A stretch of 64,000 nt of DNA from an uncultured Actinomycetes bacterium (GTDB taxonomy: Bacteria > Actinomycetota > UBA4738 > HRBIN12), in assembly GCA_963734685.1 (NCBI GenBank), contig CAVTIC010000001.1, positions 1,102,421-1,166,420 on the forward strand, in the 5' to 3' direction. This document shows positions 16,880 through 26,937 of the stretch, piece by piece (position 1 is the stretch's first letter; each line of letters opens with the position of its first letter). The translations under genes and the position numbers were made by a program. Under the pieces are notes generated by a model, which worked only from the letters and a program-made list of their open reading frames with translations, searched no databases and was not told the DNA's origin.

Positions 16880-18118
16880 GTGAGCGCCGTCGTCGGCGAG
16901 GGGGCCTCCCCGCTCGGTCCGGCATTCGACCTGCTGGCGGCCTACGATCCGGCAGCGGGGTTCTTCTTCGAACGCGACGGCCTCGGCGTGTCGGCGTCGC
17001 TCGGCCCTGGCACCGCCGTGGTCGGTCCGTCGCCGGACCTGCGGACTCTGGCCCGAGCCGCCTCCGAGGCGCTGCGAACGATGCAGGTCGCCGACGGCGG
17101 GGCCGCGCCCGTCGCGGTCGGGGCTCTGCCGTTCCACGACGAACCCGCCTCGTTGTGGGTGCCCCGGCGGACGGTGCGACGGACCGAGGACGGGGAGACC
17201 TGGTTGGTCGATCCGTTCCCTCCGAGGGGTGATGTGTCCGCGTTCCTCCCCGGACGGGTGATCGGCGAGCTGCCGCACGAAGCGTTCCGGCCCATCCAGC
17301 TCACGGAGTCCCCGTCGGGGACCCGGTACGCCGAGGTCGTCGCCGAGGCGGTCGCGCGCATCGAAGAGGGCGAGCTCCAGAAGGTTGTCCTCGCTCGGAC
17401 GCTCCGCGTCGAGGCGGGCCGCTCGCTCGATGCCCGGCGGCTGTTGCACCGGCTACGGGCCGTCGAGCCGCACTGCTTCGCGTTCGCGGCGCCCGTCGGC
17501 GCCGGCGTGCTCGTCGGTGCGAGCCCCGAATCGCTGCTCTCGCGCCGAGGGACACTCGTGCGTTCGACCCCGCTCGCCGGTACTGCCCCGCGTTCCGGCG
17601 ATCCCGACGAGGACCGTGCGAACGGCGAGGCGCTGGTGGGGTCGGCCAAGGACCGCGAGGAGCACGCGATCGTCGTCGAGGCGGTAGCCGGGGCGCTCGG
17701 TGGGCTCTGCGACGATCTGCGGTGGGACCCTGAGCCGGTGCTCGAGCCCACCGCGAACGTCTGGCACCTCGCTACGCGGTTCGAGGGTAGGCTGCGCGAT
17801 CCGCGTGTGACCGCTCTCGACCTGGTCGCGGAGCTCCACCCCACGCCGGCGGTCTGTGGCACTCCGGTCGGGGCTGCGCGGTCGGCGATCACCGAGCTCG
17901 AGCCGTTCGACAGGGGTGCCTACGCCGGTCCGGTCGGGTGGGTGGACGCCGCCGGAGACGGCGAGTGGGCGATCGCGCTCCGATGCGCGGCGCTCGAAGG
18001 CGATCACGCCACGCTGTTCGCCGGTGCCGGCATCGTGGCGGGCTCGGATCCCGCCGCCGAGCTCGACGAGACCCAACGGAAGTTCCGGGCATTCCTGGAT
18101 TCGCTGCGATGGGGCTGA
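16880..18118 (+). CDS. menF: Isochorismate synthase (menaquinone-specific)
   Basis: Chorismate-binding C-terminal domain 'TPVGAARSAITELEPFDRGAYAGPVGWVD...GAGIVAGSDPAAELDETQRKF'; about 410 aa; men cluster. Confidence 0.8.
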   Translation: MSAVVGEGASPLGPAFDLLAAYDPAAGFFFERDGLGVSASLGPGTAVVGPSPDLRTLARAASEALRTMQVADGGAAPVAVGALPFHDEPASLWVPRRTVRRTEDGETWLVDPFPPRGDVSAFLPGRVIGELPHEAFRPIQLTESPSGTRYAEVVAEAVARIEEGELQKVVLARTLRVEAGRSLDARRLLHRLRAVEPHCFAFAAPVGAGVLVGASPESLLSRRGTLVRSTPLAGTAPRSGDPDEDRANGEALVGSAKDREEHAIVVEAVAGALGGLCDDLRWDPEPVLEPTANVWHLATRFEGRLRDPRVTALDLVAELHPTPAVCGTPVGAARSAITELEPFDRGAYAGPVGWVDAAGDGEWAIALRCAALEGDHATLFAGAGIVAGSDPAAELDETQRKFRAFLDSLRWG

Positions 18119-18146
18119 CCGGCGCCGGCGCCGAGGGATGCGACGG

Positions 18147-18788
18147 CTACCCGGGAGTCGACGAGGCCGGCGGAAGGCTCGCGCGCGCGGCTCGCCGGGC
18201 GAGGCCGAGGCGGCCGAGCTCGAGCGAGGCGAGCTGCTCGTGCCGTCCGGAGTGCAGGTCGCCCCACGGGTCGGTCGTCACGGAGGACAGGCGGACGTAC
18301 GAGAAGCGGGTTGCGGCCCGCATCGCCAGGTAGCCCTCGATGCCGGGGTCGCTGCCGTCGAGGGCCTTGCCGATGCGCCGGCGCTCGCGCGCGAGCGGCG
18401 CCCTGATCACCAGCCACAGCGCGATCAGCGGCAGGCTGGGTCCGAGCGCGACGACGAGGCCGATCAACAGCGACACGTTGAAGATCGCGTCCTTGCTGGC
18501 CTCACCCTTGTCCACCGTGCCCTGTCCGATCGCGTCGATCTCGTCGGCGATCGCCTGGACGCCGCCGCCGATCAGTGGCACGTCGGCGAGCCCCTCGAGC
18601 GCACCCGCCGCGTTCGAGACGCCCTCGCCCGCACCGATCACGCCGTCGCTCAGACCGCTCAGCTCGTTCACCGTGCGCCCGAGCGTGTAGCCGACGGCGC
18701 ACCACAGCAGGAGCCAGAGCACGAGGATGACGTCGATCGTTCGGGATGTGCGGTGCGACACGGCGGCCTCCGGTCGGGGCGTGGACAA
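18147..18788 (-). CDS. Hypothetical membrane protein
   Basis: 213 aa, 2-3 TM helices, no recognisable motif; the opposite-strand ORF is Arg-rich junk, so the minus strand is preferred. Confidence 0.4.
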   Translation of the reverse strand: MSTPRPEAAVSHRTSRTIDVILVLWLLLWCAVGYTLGRTVNELSGLSDGVIGAGEGVSNAAGALEGLADVPLIGGGVQAIADEIDAIGQGTVDKGEASKDAIFNVSLLIGLVVALGPSLPLIALWLVIRAPLARERRRIGKALDGSDPGIEGYLAMRAATRFSYVRLSSVTTDPWGDLHSGRHEQLASLELGRLGLARRAARASLPPASSTPG

Positions 18789-18852
18789 CGGGCATCCTAG
18801 GCCCGGCCTCGGCCCCGCGCGAGCCCGGGGTTCGGGCCGTTGGACCCCGAGA

Positions 18853-20664
18853 TCAGGCCAGGGCGTCGGACACGGTGCTCCGGAGGGCGTCGCGATGCTT
18901 CAGTGCGACGACCGGGTCGACCGCCACCTCGATCACCTGCAGGCCGCCCGCCGCCGACGCGTGGTCGAGCGCGCGAGGGAGATCGCTCGCGCGCTCGACC
19001 AGCGTGTGAGCCGCTCCCGCGGCCCGGGTCAGGGCGCCCAGGTCGGCGCCGTGCGGGGTGACGAACAGCTCGCGATGCTCAGGCAGGTCCCGCTGTGGCA
19101 ATAGTGAGAACACCTCACCGCCGCCGTTGCGCACGACGACGAACATGCAGTCGAGTCCTCGCCGAGCGTTCCATGCGATCGCGCCGAGGTCGTGGAGGAA
19201 CGTGAGGTCGCCCAGCAGGGCGACGGTGGTCGCGGCGGACCACTCGACGGGACCGCTCCTCGGCCCGGCCGCCGAGAGGCCGAGCGCCGTCGATACCTGG
19301 CCGTCGATGCCGCTCGCGCCGCGGTTCGCGAGCACCCGGAGACCGTTGCGGGGCGCCATCGCCAGGTCGAGGTCGCGGATCGGCGTGGAGTTGCCGACGA
19401 AGAGCGTGCCGCCGTCGGGGATCGACGCCGCGACGTCGCGCGCGATCCTCGGCTCGAACGGCTCGTCGATGCCATCGAGGAACCCGTCGAGCGCCTCTCG
19501 CGCCCGCCGGTCGGCACGGCGCCACGCGTCGATCCAGTCGGCGGGAGCGGGATGGAGCCTGCGCGTCCACATCGCACCGGTCTCGTCGTCCGGGTGGTTA
19601 CCGAGCACGCCGATCGCGCCGTCCTGGTCGACGGGTCGGTCGGCGAGGGCGCGCCCCAGTGCGTCGGGGTCGACCGCGATGCGCCAGGTGGCCAGGCGCT
19701 CCGGATCAGGGTCCAAGTGCCAGCGGTCGGCCACCACCAGGCGCTCGGCCGCCGCAACGAACGACTGGGTCACCCTGGTCGTCGGAGCCGCACCGACTTG
19801 GATCACGACGTCGGGGCGGTGCTGCCGGCCCCAGGTCACGTCGCCGATCAAGGACTGACCTGCAGTGAGACACCATCCGGGCAGACGGGCGGTGGAGGTC
19901 GGTTCCGCGAGCACGGGCCAGCCGAGGGTCTCCGACCAGAACGCCGCCTCGCTCGAGACGTCGCCCGGCCACGCGCCCATCACGACGGCCCCGCGTGCCC
20001 CGGAGACGAGCGTGGCAAGGCGGTCGGCTTCCTCGACGGTGAGTTCGGCTTCGGGCCGGGTCGGCAGGTCGAGCGTCTCGCCGCTCGGAGCCGGCAGCTC
20101 GAGGTCGAGCGAGGGGCTGAGCGGTTCCTCGAACGGGCAGTTCACGTGCACCGGCCCGACGGGGTCCGCGCGCGTGGCTTCGAGAGCTTCCCGGGCGGCC
20201 TGACGCCACCACGCCTCCTGGCCCGTGGCCTCGGGTACCGGGAGATCGAGGTTCCCGCGGACGTACCCGCCGTAGAGGCCAACCTGATCGATCGTCTGGT
20301 TGGCTCCGGTGCCTCGGAGCCGTGGCGGGCGGTCGGCGGTCAGCACCACGAGCGGCACGCGAGACTGCGACGCCTCGACGATGGCCGGGAGGAACTCGGC
20401 GGCGGCGGTGCCGCTCGTGCACGCGATCGCGACCGGTCGACGCGCGGCCCGGGCCAGTCCGACCGCGAAGAAGGCACTCGATCGCTCGTCGAGGTGCACG
20501 CGCACGTCGATGTCGGGGTGTCGGGACAGGGCGAGCGCCAGCGGGGTCGAACGGGAGCCGGGAGACAGGCACGCGTCGCGGAGTCCGCCCGCCACGAGCC
20601 CATCGACGAGCGCCCAGGCGCACTCGAGGTTGAGGTCGGCGATACCCATCACACACCACGCCAC
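18853..20664 (-). CDS. menD: 2-succinyl-5-enolpyruvyl-6-hydroxy-3-cyclohexene-1-carboxylate synthase (TPP-dependent)
   Basis: N-terminal 'LVDGLVAGGLRDACLSPGSRSTPLALAL...IACTSGTAAAEFLPAIVEASQSRVPLVVLTADRPP' (TPP enzyme N-domain, MenD-like); alternative start MGIADLN at 20649 would give a 4-nt overlap with the menA stop. Confidence 0.85.
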   Translation of the reverse strand: MAWCVMGIADLNLECAWALVDGLVAGGLRDACLSPGSRSTPLALALSRHPDIDVRVHLDERSSAFFAVGLARAARRPVAIACTSGTAAAEFLPAIVEASQSRVPLVVLTADRPPRLRGTGANQTIDQVGLYGGYVRGNLDLPVPEATGQEAWWRQAAREALEATRADPVGPVHVNCPFEEPLSPSLDLELPAPSGETLDLPTRPEAELTVEEADRLATLVSGARGAVVMGAWPGDVSSEAAFWSETLGWPVLAEPTSTARLPGWCLTAGQSLIGDVTWGRQHRPDVVIQVGAAPTTRVTQSFVAAAERLVVADRWHLDPDPERLATWRIAVDPDALGRALADRPVDQDGAIGVLGNHPDDETGAMWTRRLHPAPADWIDAWRRADRRAREALDGFLDGIDEPFEPRIARDVAASIPDGGTLFVGNSTPIRDLDLAMAPRNGLRVLANRGASGIDGQVSTALGLSAAGPRSGPVEWSAATTVALLGDLTFLHDLGAIAWNARRGLDCMFVVVRNGGGEVFSLLPQRDLPEHRELFVTPHGADLGALTRAAGAAHTLVERASDLPRALDHASAAGGLQVIEVAVDPVVALKHRDALRSTVSDALA

Positions 20665-21647
20665 AGCGAGGCCGCTGCGGGCACGACGTCACCCGACGAC
20701 TGATCGACCGTCGCGAGCACGAGGCCGAGGGCCATCAACACGCCGCACGCGGCGTGTGTGGCCGCGGTGCCCGTGAGCACCGGGATCAGGTCTCGCCCGG
20801 TCGCCGACCCGACGGCGTCCATCGGCTTGATCGCGAGCACCCACGCCCCCAGCCCGAACAACGCCCACTGCGGGAGCCCGGCGCCCTCGTCGACGATGTC
20901 GACGATCACGCCCAGCACGATCGTGGCGAAGGCGGCGACGACCGAGACTCGATAGAGACGCCGGGTCGCACGATCGCCGATGCGAACCGCGAGCGTCCGT
21001 TTGCCGCTCTCCGCGTCGGTCGGGATGTCGCGAAGGTTGTTGGCCACGAGGATCGCCACGGCGAGCCATCCCATCGCCGCCCCGCCCCACCATGCCGCGG
21101 CGGGCACGGTCTCCACCATCACGAACGCGGTGCCGCAGGTCGCCATCAGCCCGAAGAAGAGGAAGACCATCAGCTCGCCGAGCCCGAGACCGGCGTAGGG
21201 CCGAGGGCCCCCGCTGTAGAGGACCGCGGCGATCAGCGCGAGCGCCCCGACGCCGAGGATCAGCATCGGCTCGGTCGCGAGTGCGAGGGCCAGGCCGGCC
21301 ACGGCGGCGACACCCAGCGCGACGAGCGCGGCCGCGAGCACGGCTCGAGGCGTCGCCGCGCCGCTGGCGGTCAGGCGCGGAGGGCCGAGCCGGTGGTGGG
21401 TGTCCACCCCCCGGACCCCGTCGAAGTAGTCGTTCGCGAGGTTCACGCCGATCTGCAGCCCGGCGGCCACGAGCACCGCTGCGACGAAGCGCCACCAGAT
21501 CACCGCGCCGGCAGCCGCGGTGCCGAGCACCACCGGAACCAGGCCCGCACCGAGCGTCCGGGGACGGGCGCCGCGCCACCAGAGGGTGAGCGCATCGGTG
21601 GTCGGCGCGGCGCTCACCTCCCCGGCGCCACCGGCATCCCCGCTCAC
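20649..21647 (-). CDS. menA: 1,4-dihydroxy-2-naphthoate polyprenyltransferase
   Basis: UbiA-family membrane prenyltransferase '[14 protein letters not shown]' (NDxxDxxxD) and '[20 protein letters not shown]'; start set at GTG 21647 directly after the menB stop, because the longer track ORF runs through menB. Confidence 0.8.
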   Translation of the reverse strand: MSGDAGGAGEVSAAPTTDALTLWWRGARPRTLGAGLVPVVLGTAAAGAVIWWRFVAAVLVAAGLQIGVNLANDYFDGVRGVDTHHRLGPPRLTASGAATPRAVLAAALVALGVAAVAGLALALATEPMLILGVGALALIAAVLYSGGPRPYAGLGLGELMVFLFFGLMATCGTAFVMVETVPAAAWWGGAAMGWLAVAILVANNLRDIPTDAESGKRTLAVRIGDRATRRLYRVSVVAAFATIVLGVIVDIVDEGAGLPQWALFGLGAWVLAIKPMDAVGSATGRDLIPVLTGTAATHAACGVLMALGLVLATVDQSSGDVVPAAASLWRGV

Positions 21648-22501
21648 GGTCGTCTGGGGAACCGGGAGAAATCGGGGGCTCGTTTCTGGGTGAAGGCGTC
21701 GCGGCCCTCCTGCGCTTCCTCGCTCATGTAGTAGAGGAGCGTCGCGTCGCCGGCGAGTTGCTGCACGCCCGCGAGCCCGTCGGTGCCGGCGTTCGATCCA
21801 GCCTTCAGCAGCCGCAGCGCGAGCGGGGAGAACGCGAGCATCTCCCGGCACCACTCGACCGTCACGCGTTCGAGGTCCTCGACCGGCACCACCGCGTTCA
21901 CGAGCCCCCACTCGAGCGCCGTTGCCGCGTCGTACTGGCGGCAGAGGAACCACACCTCCTTCGCGCGCTTCTCGCCGATCTGCCGCGCGAGCAGGTTGAT
22001 GCCGTAGCCGCCGTCGAACGAGCCGACCTTCGGGCCCGTCTGGCCGAACCGCGCGTTCTCGGCCGCGATCGTGAGGTCGCAACAGAGGTGCAGCACGTGC
22101 CCGCCGCCGATCGCGTACCCCGCGACCATCGCGACCACCGGCTTGGGCATGCGGCGGATCTGGATCTGCAGGTCGAGCACGTTGAGTCGCCCGATGCCCT
22201 GCTCGTCGACGTACCCGTCGTCGCCGCGGATCCTCTGGTCCCCACCCGAGCAGAACGCGAGCGGTCCCTGACCGGTGAGGATCACGACTCCGATCTCGGC
22301 GTCGTCGCGGGCGATCTCGAAGGCTCGGATCAACTCCGACGTCGTCAACGGGCGGAAGGCGTTGCGCACCTCGGGCCGGTCGATCGTGATCTTCGCGATG
22401 CCCTCGGCCGTCTCGTACCGGATGTCACTGAACTCGCCCCCGGGGATCCACTCGTGTGCAGGGGCGATCTCTTCGACGGTGTCGGTGGGCTGCTCGTCCA
22501 T
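21644..22501 (-). CDS. menB: 1,4-dihydroxy-2-naphthoyl-CoA synthase
   Basis: Crotonase fold '[20 protein letters not shown]', '[43 protein letters not shown]'; start ATG 22501 (MDEQPTD) found by residue count; the upstream part of the track ORF was rejected. Confidence 0.9.
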   Translation of the reverse strand: MDEQPTDTVEEIAPAHEWIPGGEFSDIRYETAEGIAKITIDRPEVRNAFRPLTTSELIRAFEIARDDAEIGVVILTGQGPLAFCSGGDQRIRGDDGYVDEQGIGRLNVLDLQIQIRRMPKPVVAMVAGYAIGGGHVLHLCCDLTIAAENARFGQTGPKVGSFDGGYGINLLARQIGEKRAKEVWFLCRQYDAATALEWGLVNAVVPVEDLERVTVEWCREMLAFSPLALRLLKAGSNAGTDGLAGVQQLAGDATLLYYMSEEAQEGRDAFTQKRAPDFSRFPRRP

Positions 22502-22645
22502 GTGACCGTTCACTCCGAGAGTCGTGGCTCGTGGGGTGGCGGTCAAGCCGAGCGAACCGCCCTCGCGAACCGGGAGGCTATCGGAACCACCACCGCCGAT
22601 GCTAGGTTCCCGCTCGTGGTTCGGGCGCAGCGGTTCCGGGGCGGG

Positions 22646-24172
22646 ATGCGATGGTTCACGGTCGCGGTCACGGTGCTCGCCCTCGCGTCGGCCCCGTCGC
22701 CGGCCCTCGGCGACGGGTCGGCGACCGGCGCGCCGCAGGGAGCGGGCCCCGCCACGCCGGTGCGGCTGCGCGTGATGACGTTCAACATCGAGTACGGCGG
22801 CACGATCGTCGATCTCGACAAGATCCTCGCGGCGGTCCGCCGATCCGACGCCGACATCGTTGCGTTCAACGAGGTCTACGGCAAGGCCGCGCGCCTCGGG
22901 CGCCTCACCGGCTACGAGCACGTCAGCCGCCGCCTCGACATCGTCTCCCGGTATCCGCTGGTCGATCCACCGGGGTCCGACGGCCGCTACGTCTTCGTGG
23001 AATTCGCGCCCGGGCAGGTCGTGGCGGTCACGAACGTGCACCTCGCATCAAGCGACTACGGGCCCCGCCGCCTGCTCGACGGATGGAGCCGGAGGAAGGT
23101 GCTGCGCACCGAGCGCCGGGTTCGCCTGCCCGAGATCCGGCCGTTCCTGCGTTCGATGTCGCCCCTCCTCGGCGACGGCATCCCGGCGATCGTGGTGGGC
23201 GACATGAACGCGCCGTCGCACGAGGACTACACCGAGGCGACGGTGGGGCTTCGGCCGCAGGTTCGCTTCCCGGTCCGGTGGCCGGTGAGCCTGCTGATGA
23301 ACCGCCGGGGATTCGTCGACTCCTTCCGCGCCGCACATCCCGACCCGGTCGCCGACGAGGGCCTCACGTGGCCGGCGGGGCGGCCGCGTTCCGACGTGAG
23401 TTGGAACCCCCGCCGCGACGCGCCGGAGGACCGCATCGACCAGATCTGGTCGGCGGGTCCCGTGACCGTGGCGGACAGCGTGCTGATCGGCGAGCGGGAT
23501 GGACCCGGGGTGGACATCGCGGTGCATCCGTGGGGTTCCGACCATCGGGCGGTGGTCTCGACGCTCGACGTCACGCCGGGCGTGCCGCCGGTGATGGCGG
23601 CGCCCGACCCGTTGCTCGTCGAGGTCGGGGCCACGCTCACGGTCACCTACCACGCCCCGGGCGGCGCCGGCGAGCGGCTGCGCATCGTGCCCTCGGGAGG
23701 CGACCCGACGGCCGACGCCGTCGACTCCCAAGCAACCCCGCCCGGCGCGCCGACCGACGGTTCCGTGGAGTTCCCGACCGACGCTCTCGCACCCGGCGCC
23801 TACGACGCGGTGCTGGTCGACGGCGGCGGCGCCGAGCTGGCTCGAGGACCGTTCTGGGTGCGCGACGTGGACGCGTCGCCCGTGCTCGACACGTCTCGCT
23901 GGCGGTTCGCCGCGGGCGAGCCGATCGACGTGTCGTTCACGTTCGGCCGGGCGAACCGCTTCGACTGGATCGGGCTGTACGATCGCGGCGCCGATCCGAC
24001 GATCGCCTCCTACCACACCTACGGGTACACGGGCGCCGCCGTCGAGGGGTCGGTGACCTTCGCCGGCGGGGGCGCCGCCGGCCCCTTGCCGCCGGGGCGC
24101 TACACCGCCTACTACCTGCTGACCGATGTCTACCGCGAGGTCGCCTCGGTGGACTTCGTCGTCACGGACTGA
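22646..24172 (+). CDS. Secreted endonuclease/exonuclease/phosphatase (EEP) family protein with C-terminal beta-rich domains
   Basis: Signal peptide '[22 protein letters not shown]'; EEP motifs '[12 protein letters not shown]', '[10 protein letters not shown]', '[13 protein letters not shown]', '[10 protein letters not shown]'; about 200-aa C-terminal extension. Confidence 0.65.
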   Translation: MRWFTVAVTVLALASAPSPALGDGSATGAPQGAGPATPVRLRVMTFNIEYGGTIVDLDKILAAVRRSDADIVAFNEVYGKAARLGRLTGYEHVSRRLDIVSRYPLVDPPGSDGRYVFVEFAPGQVVAVTNVHLASSDYGPRRLLDGWSRRKVLRTERRVRLPEIRPFLRSMSPLLGDGIPAIVVGDMNAPSHEDYTEATVGLRPQVRFPVRWPVSLLMNRRGFVDSFRAAHPDPVADEGLTWPAGRPRSDVSWNPRRDAPEDRIDQIWSAGPVTVADSVLIGERDGPGVDIAVHPWGSDHRAVVSTLDVTPGVPPVMAAPDPLLVEVGATLTVTYHAPGGAGERLRIVPSGGDPTADAVDSQATPPGAPTDGSVEFPTDALAPGAYDAVLVDGGGAELARGPFWVRDVDASPVLDTSRWRFAAGEPIDVSFTFGRANRFDWIGLYDRGADPTIASYHTYGYTGAAVEGSVTFAGGGAAGPLPPGRYTAYYLLTDVYREVASVDFVVTD

Positions 24173-24199
24173 TCGTTCCCCGGCCGGTAGCCTGCGGCC

Positions 24200-25411
24200 A
24201 TGGAGGGTCCGTTCGGCCTCGCGCGCGGCGAGCTCGTCGCCGTCGACGTGCCGCCGGGCCCTGCGTGGGTGCGGCTCGTGCGCCAGCTCTGGAGCGACCG
24301 GGTGGCGTTCCTGCCGCTCGACCATCGCCTGTCCGAACGGGAGCGGCGGACGCTCGTCGACCGCGCCCGGCCCACCGCTGTGCTCGACGCCTCCGGCTCG
24401 CTAACCGTCTTCGCAGGGGGGGCGCCGGTCGACGGCGAGGTCTCGCTCGTGATGGCGACGTCGGGCACGGACGGGATGCCGCGTCTCGTGGAGCTCTCCC
24501 GTGCGTCCGTGAGCGCGGCAGTCGAGGCGTCCCGGGACGCTCTCGCCGCCACGGGTCACGACGTGTCGGCGCCACTGATCTGTTGTCTCACCCCCGCACA
24601 CGTCGGCGGTCTGTTGGTCCTGCTCCGTGGCGAGCTCGGCGACCTCCGCGTGGTGGTGCTCGATCGGTTCGAGCCGCGTCGCCTGTTGCGGGAGGCCCCG
24701 GTGGGTGCGGGCGTCTCGCTCGTGCCGACGATGCTGCGTCGGCTCGTGCACGCCGGGGCGGACCTCGCTCGGCTCGGCACCCTGCTGGTCGGCGGCGGAG
24801 CGCTCGAAGGGGACCTCCGCGCGAGCGCCGAGGCGCTGGGGGGACGCGTCGTCTCGACCTACGGTCTGACCGAGTCGTGCGGCGGCGTCGTCTACGACGG
24901 TGTGCCGTTGCCGGGCACCCGGGTCCGCATCGCGGACACCGTCGGCAGCGGGCAGGCGGGCCGCGTCGAGCTGCACGGCCCGACGCTCATGCAGGGATAC
25001 AGAGGCGATCCCTCCGCCACGGGCGACGCTTTCGACACGCAGGGATGGCTGCGCACAGGCGATGCCGGCTCGATCGACGACGAAGGGCACCTGATCGTGC
25101 ACGGACGACTCGACGAGGCGATCCGCACGGGTGGCGAGACGGTCTGGCCTGAAGAGGTCGAACGCGCCCTCGCCGATCACCCGAAGGTGGCCGACGTCGC
25201 GGTCGCTGCGCGGACCCACCACGAGTGGGGAGAGCAAGTGGTCGCGTTCGTGGTGCCCCGCCGCATCGACGAGCCGCCGGCCCTCGAAGAGCTCCGCGAC
25301 CATGCGACCGGCTCGATCGCGCGCCACAAAGCTCCGCGGCAGCTCGTGCTCGTCGCCGAGTTGCCGAGGACGCCCGGCGGCAAGATCCGCAGAGGCGCCC
25401 TGCGCGGGTAG
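24200..25411 (+). CDS. menE: o-succinylbenzoate--CoA ligase (short AMP-binding enzyme)
   Basis: AMP-binding motifs 'LVMATSGTDGMPRLVE' (T-S-G-T-x-G-x-P-K-like), 'STYGLTESCGG', 'GWLRTGDAG', 'ELPRTPGGKIRR'; 403 aa, typical actinobacterial MenE size; men cluster. Confidence 0.75.
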   Translation: MEGPFGLARGELVAVDVPPGPAWVRLVRQLWSDRVAFLPLDHRLSERERRTLVDRARPTAVLDASGSLTVFAGGAPVDGEVSLVMATSGTDGMPRLVELSRASVSAAVEASRDALAATGHDVSAPLICCLTPAHVGGLLVLLRGELGDLRVVVLDRFEPRRLLREAPVGAGVSLVPTMLRRLVHAGADLARLGTLLVGGGALEGDLRASAEALGGRVVSTYGLTESCGGVVYDGVPLPGTRVRIADTVGSGQAGRVELHGPTLMQGYRGDPSATGDAFDTQGWLRTGDAGSIDDEGHLIVHGRLDEAIRTGGETVWPEEVERALADHPKVADVAVAARTHHEWGEQVVAFVVPRRIDEPPALEELRDHATGSIARHKAPRQLVLVAELPRTPGGKIRRGALRG

Positions 25412-25420
25412 CGAGGCCCC

Positions 25421-25963
25421 TCAGTGCCGGGTCTTGAGACCCGAGACGAGCATCTCGCAGATGTCGCCCTCGATGCCCACCCGTCGCTGACGCGTGACGT
25501 CGGTGAACAGGAACGTGCGATCGAGTGTCCCTCGACTGAGCACCGCCCCGCCGTACCAGACGAGCGAGGGGTCCTTGATGCTGGTGCCCGGTTCCAGCGC
25601 GATGCCCGAGTTGCCGAGCTGCAGCATCGTCACGGTTCCGTCGCGGTGGTGGACGATCGTCGTGAGTTCCTCGATGTCGAACGAGACCGAGAGCTTAGTC
25701 TCGAGGTTCGTGAGCACGACCGTCGAGGTGCCCGAGATCGTCTCGCTCACGACGCGTCCCGTCCCGTCGAAGCGGGTCGTCAGCGTGCGGCCTCCTCGAT
25801 CGGTCCAGTCGACCGGGAACGGGCACACGTTCTCGATGCGGAGCCCCTGCACGAGCGGGAGCGGCCCGGCCTTCGTGGCGGCGCCACCTGCCTGCGCGGG
25901 CGTGATCACGACGAGACCGACGACGACGGCGAGGACGAGCGAGAGCGAGGCGCGGCGCAACAT
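25421..25963 (-). CDS. Hypothetical secreted protein
   Basis: Start set at the internal Met giving signal peptide 'MLRRASLSLVLAVVVGLVVITPAQAGG'; 180 aa, beta-rich, no known motif. Confidence 0.45.
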   Translation of the reverse strand: MLRRASLSLVLAVVVGLVVITPAQAGGAATKAGPLPLVQGLRIENVCPFPVDWTDRGGRTLTTRFDGTGRVVSETISGTSTVVLTNLETKLSVSFDIEELTTIVHHRDGTVTMLQLGNSGIALEPGTSIKDPSLVWYGGAVLSRGTLDRTFLFTDVTRQRRVGIEGDICEMLVSGLKTRH

Positions 25964-26084
25964 CGAGTCTCCTTCGGATCCGCGATGCCGAGCGGGCGCA
26001 CGGCGGGGGGATCGCGGGGCCCTCATGTTCCCACGGAAACGCCCGGGAAGACTAGCCCCGCAGTCATATCCGCGGGAATGGAAA

Positions 26085-26155
26085 GGACCCGAGTCCGGGA
26101 GGGGTGGACTCGGGTCCTTGGCCTGTGCGGCGGGCCGCCGAGGGGGTGGCGGCCC
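26085..26155 (-). terminator. Two GC-rich hairpins downstream of the minus-strand HK-RR operon
   Basis: 'GGACCCGAGTCC-gggaggggt-GGACTCGGGTCC' (12-bp stem) and 'GCGGGCCGCC-gagggggt-GGCGGCCCGC' (10-bp stem), between the RR stop (26263) and the next gene. Confidence 0.45.
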
Positions 26156-26262
26156 GCGTTGTCTGCACCTTCCATCGGCCGCGTGGGTACTCCGGCTGCA
26201 TGCTCTCGCATCGGTAATCCCGCATACCGAGGTCTGGGTACGGAATGGGAGGCGGTCGAGGT

Positions 26263-26937
26263 TCAGACGGTGATCGCGCCGTGCTTCACGGCGAACGCCA
26301 CGGCCTCGAGCTTCGAGTGCACGCGAAGCTTCCCGAGGATGTTCCGCACGTGGGTCTGCACGGTCTGCGGGCTGATGAACAGCTTCGCGGCGATGTCGTC
26401 GTTGCGCATGCCCTCGGCGAGCAGCTGCAGGATCTCGCGCTCCCGCTCGGTCAAGTCCTCGAGCAGCATCGTGGCCTCGCGCTGGGCCTCGCGCTCCCGG
26501 GCGACCTGCGCCAGCAGCCGCGTCAGCGTGGCGGGGTCGATGAGCACCTCGCCGTCGGCTGCAGCCTTGGCAGCCGAGAGCAGCTCCTGGGCCGCCTCGT
26601 CCTTGCCGAGGAACCCCGACGCGCCCGCCTCGACGGCCTCGACCAAGAGCCGGTCGTCGTCGTGGGCGGTCATGATGACCACCTTCGTCGAGGGGGAGAC
26701 CTCCTTGATCCTGCGGGTCGCGTCGATGCCCGTCATGCCGCCGCCCTTGAACACGATGTCCATGAGCACCACGTCGGGGAGCTGCTCGCTGCAGACCTCG
26801 ATAGCGGTCTCCGGGTCGTGTGCCGGCGGGGCGATCAGTTCGAGGCCCTCGTCGAGCCCGACCACGGTCGCCAGCGCGTCGGTGAGGATCTTGTGGTCGT
26901 CGCAGATCAGCAGCGTGACCTTGGTGGCCTCACCCAT
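26263..26937 (-). CDS. NarL/LuxR-family response regulator
   Basis: REC 'LLICDDHKILTDAL...DVVLMDIVF' and LuxR HTH 'LTEREREILQLLAEGMRNDDIAAKLFISPQTVQTHVRNILGKL'; start at MGEATK found by residue count; 8-nt overlap with the upstream HK. Confidence 0.85.
   Translation of the reverse strand: MGEATKVTLLICDDHKILTDALATVVGLDEGLELIAPPAHDPETAIEVCSEQLPDVVLMDIVFKGGGMTGIDATRRIKEVSPSTKVVIMTAHDDDRLLVEAVEAGASGFLGKDEAAQELLSAAKAAADGEVLIDPATLTRLLAQVAREREAQREATMLLEDLTEREREILQLLAEGMRNDDIAAKLFISPQTVQTHVRNILGKLRVHSKLEAVAFAVKHGAITV

Noticed and set aside
17856-18800. 314-aa plus-strand ORF opposite the membrane protein 18147..18788
   Set aside because: It is Arg-rich low-complexity. The minus-strand product has TM helices and a balanced composition.
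20649-22082. 477-aa ORF-track call for MenA, and 465-aa call for MenB (21644..23041)
   Set aside because: The N-terminal extensions run through the upstream gene and lack membrane or crotonase features. Starts were reset to GTG 21647 for menA and ATG 22501 for menB.
22651-25152. 833-aa plus-strand ORF spanning the EEP and menE genes in another frame
   Set aside because: It is a frame-shifted low-complexity (Arg/Gly/Ala) translation. The real genes have clear EEP and AMP-binding motifs in another frame.
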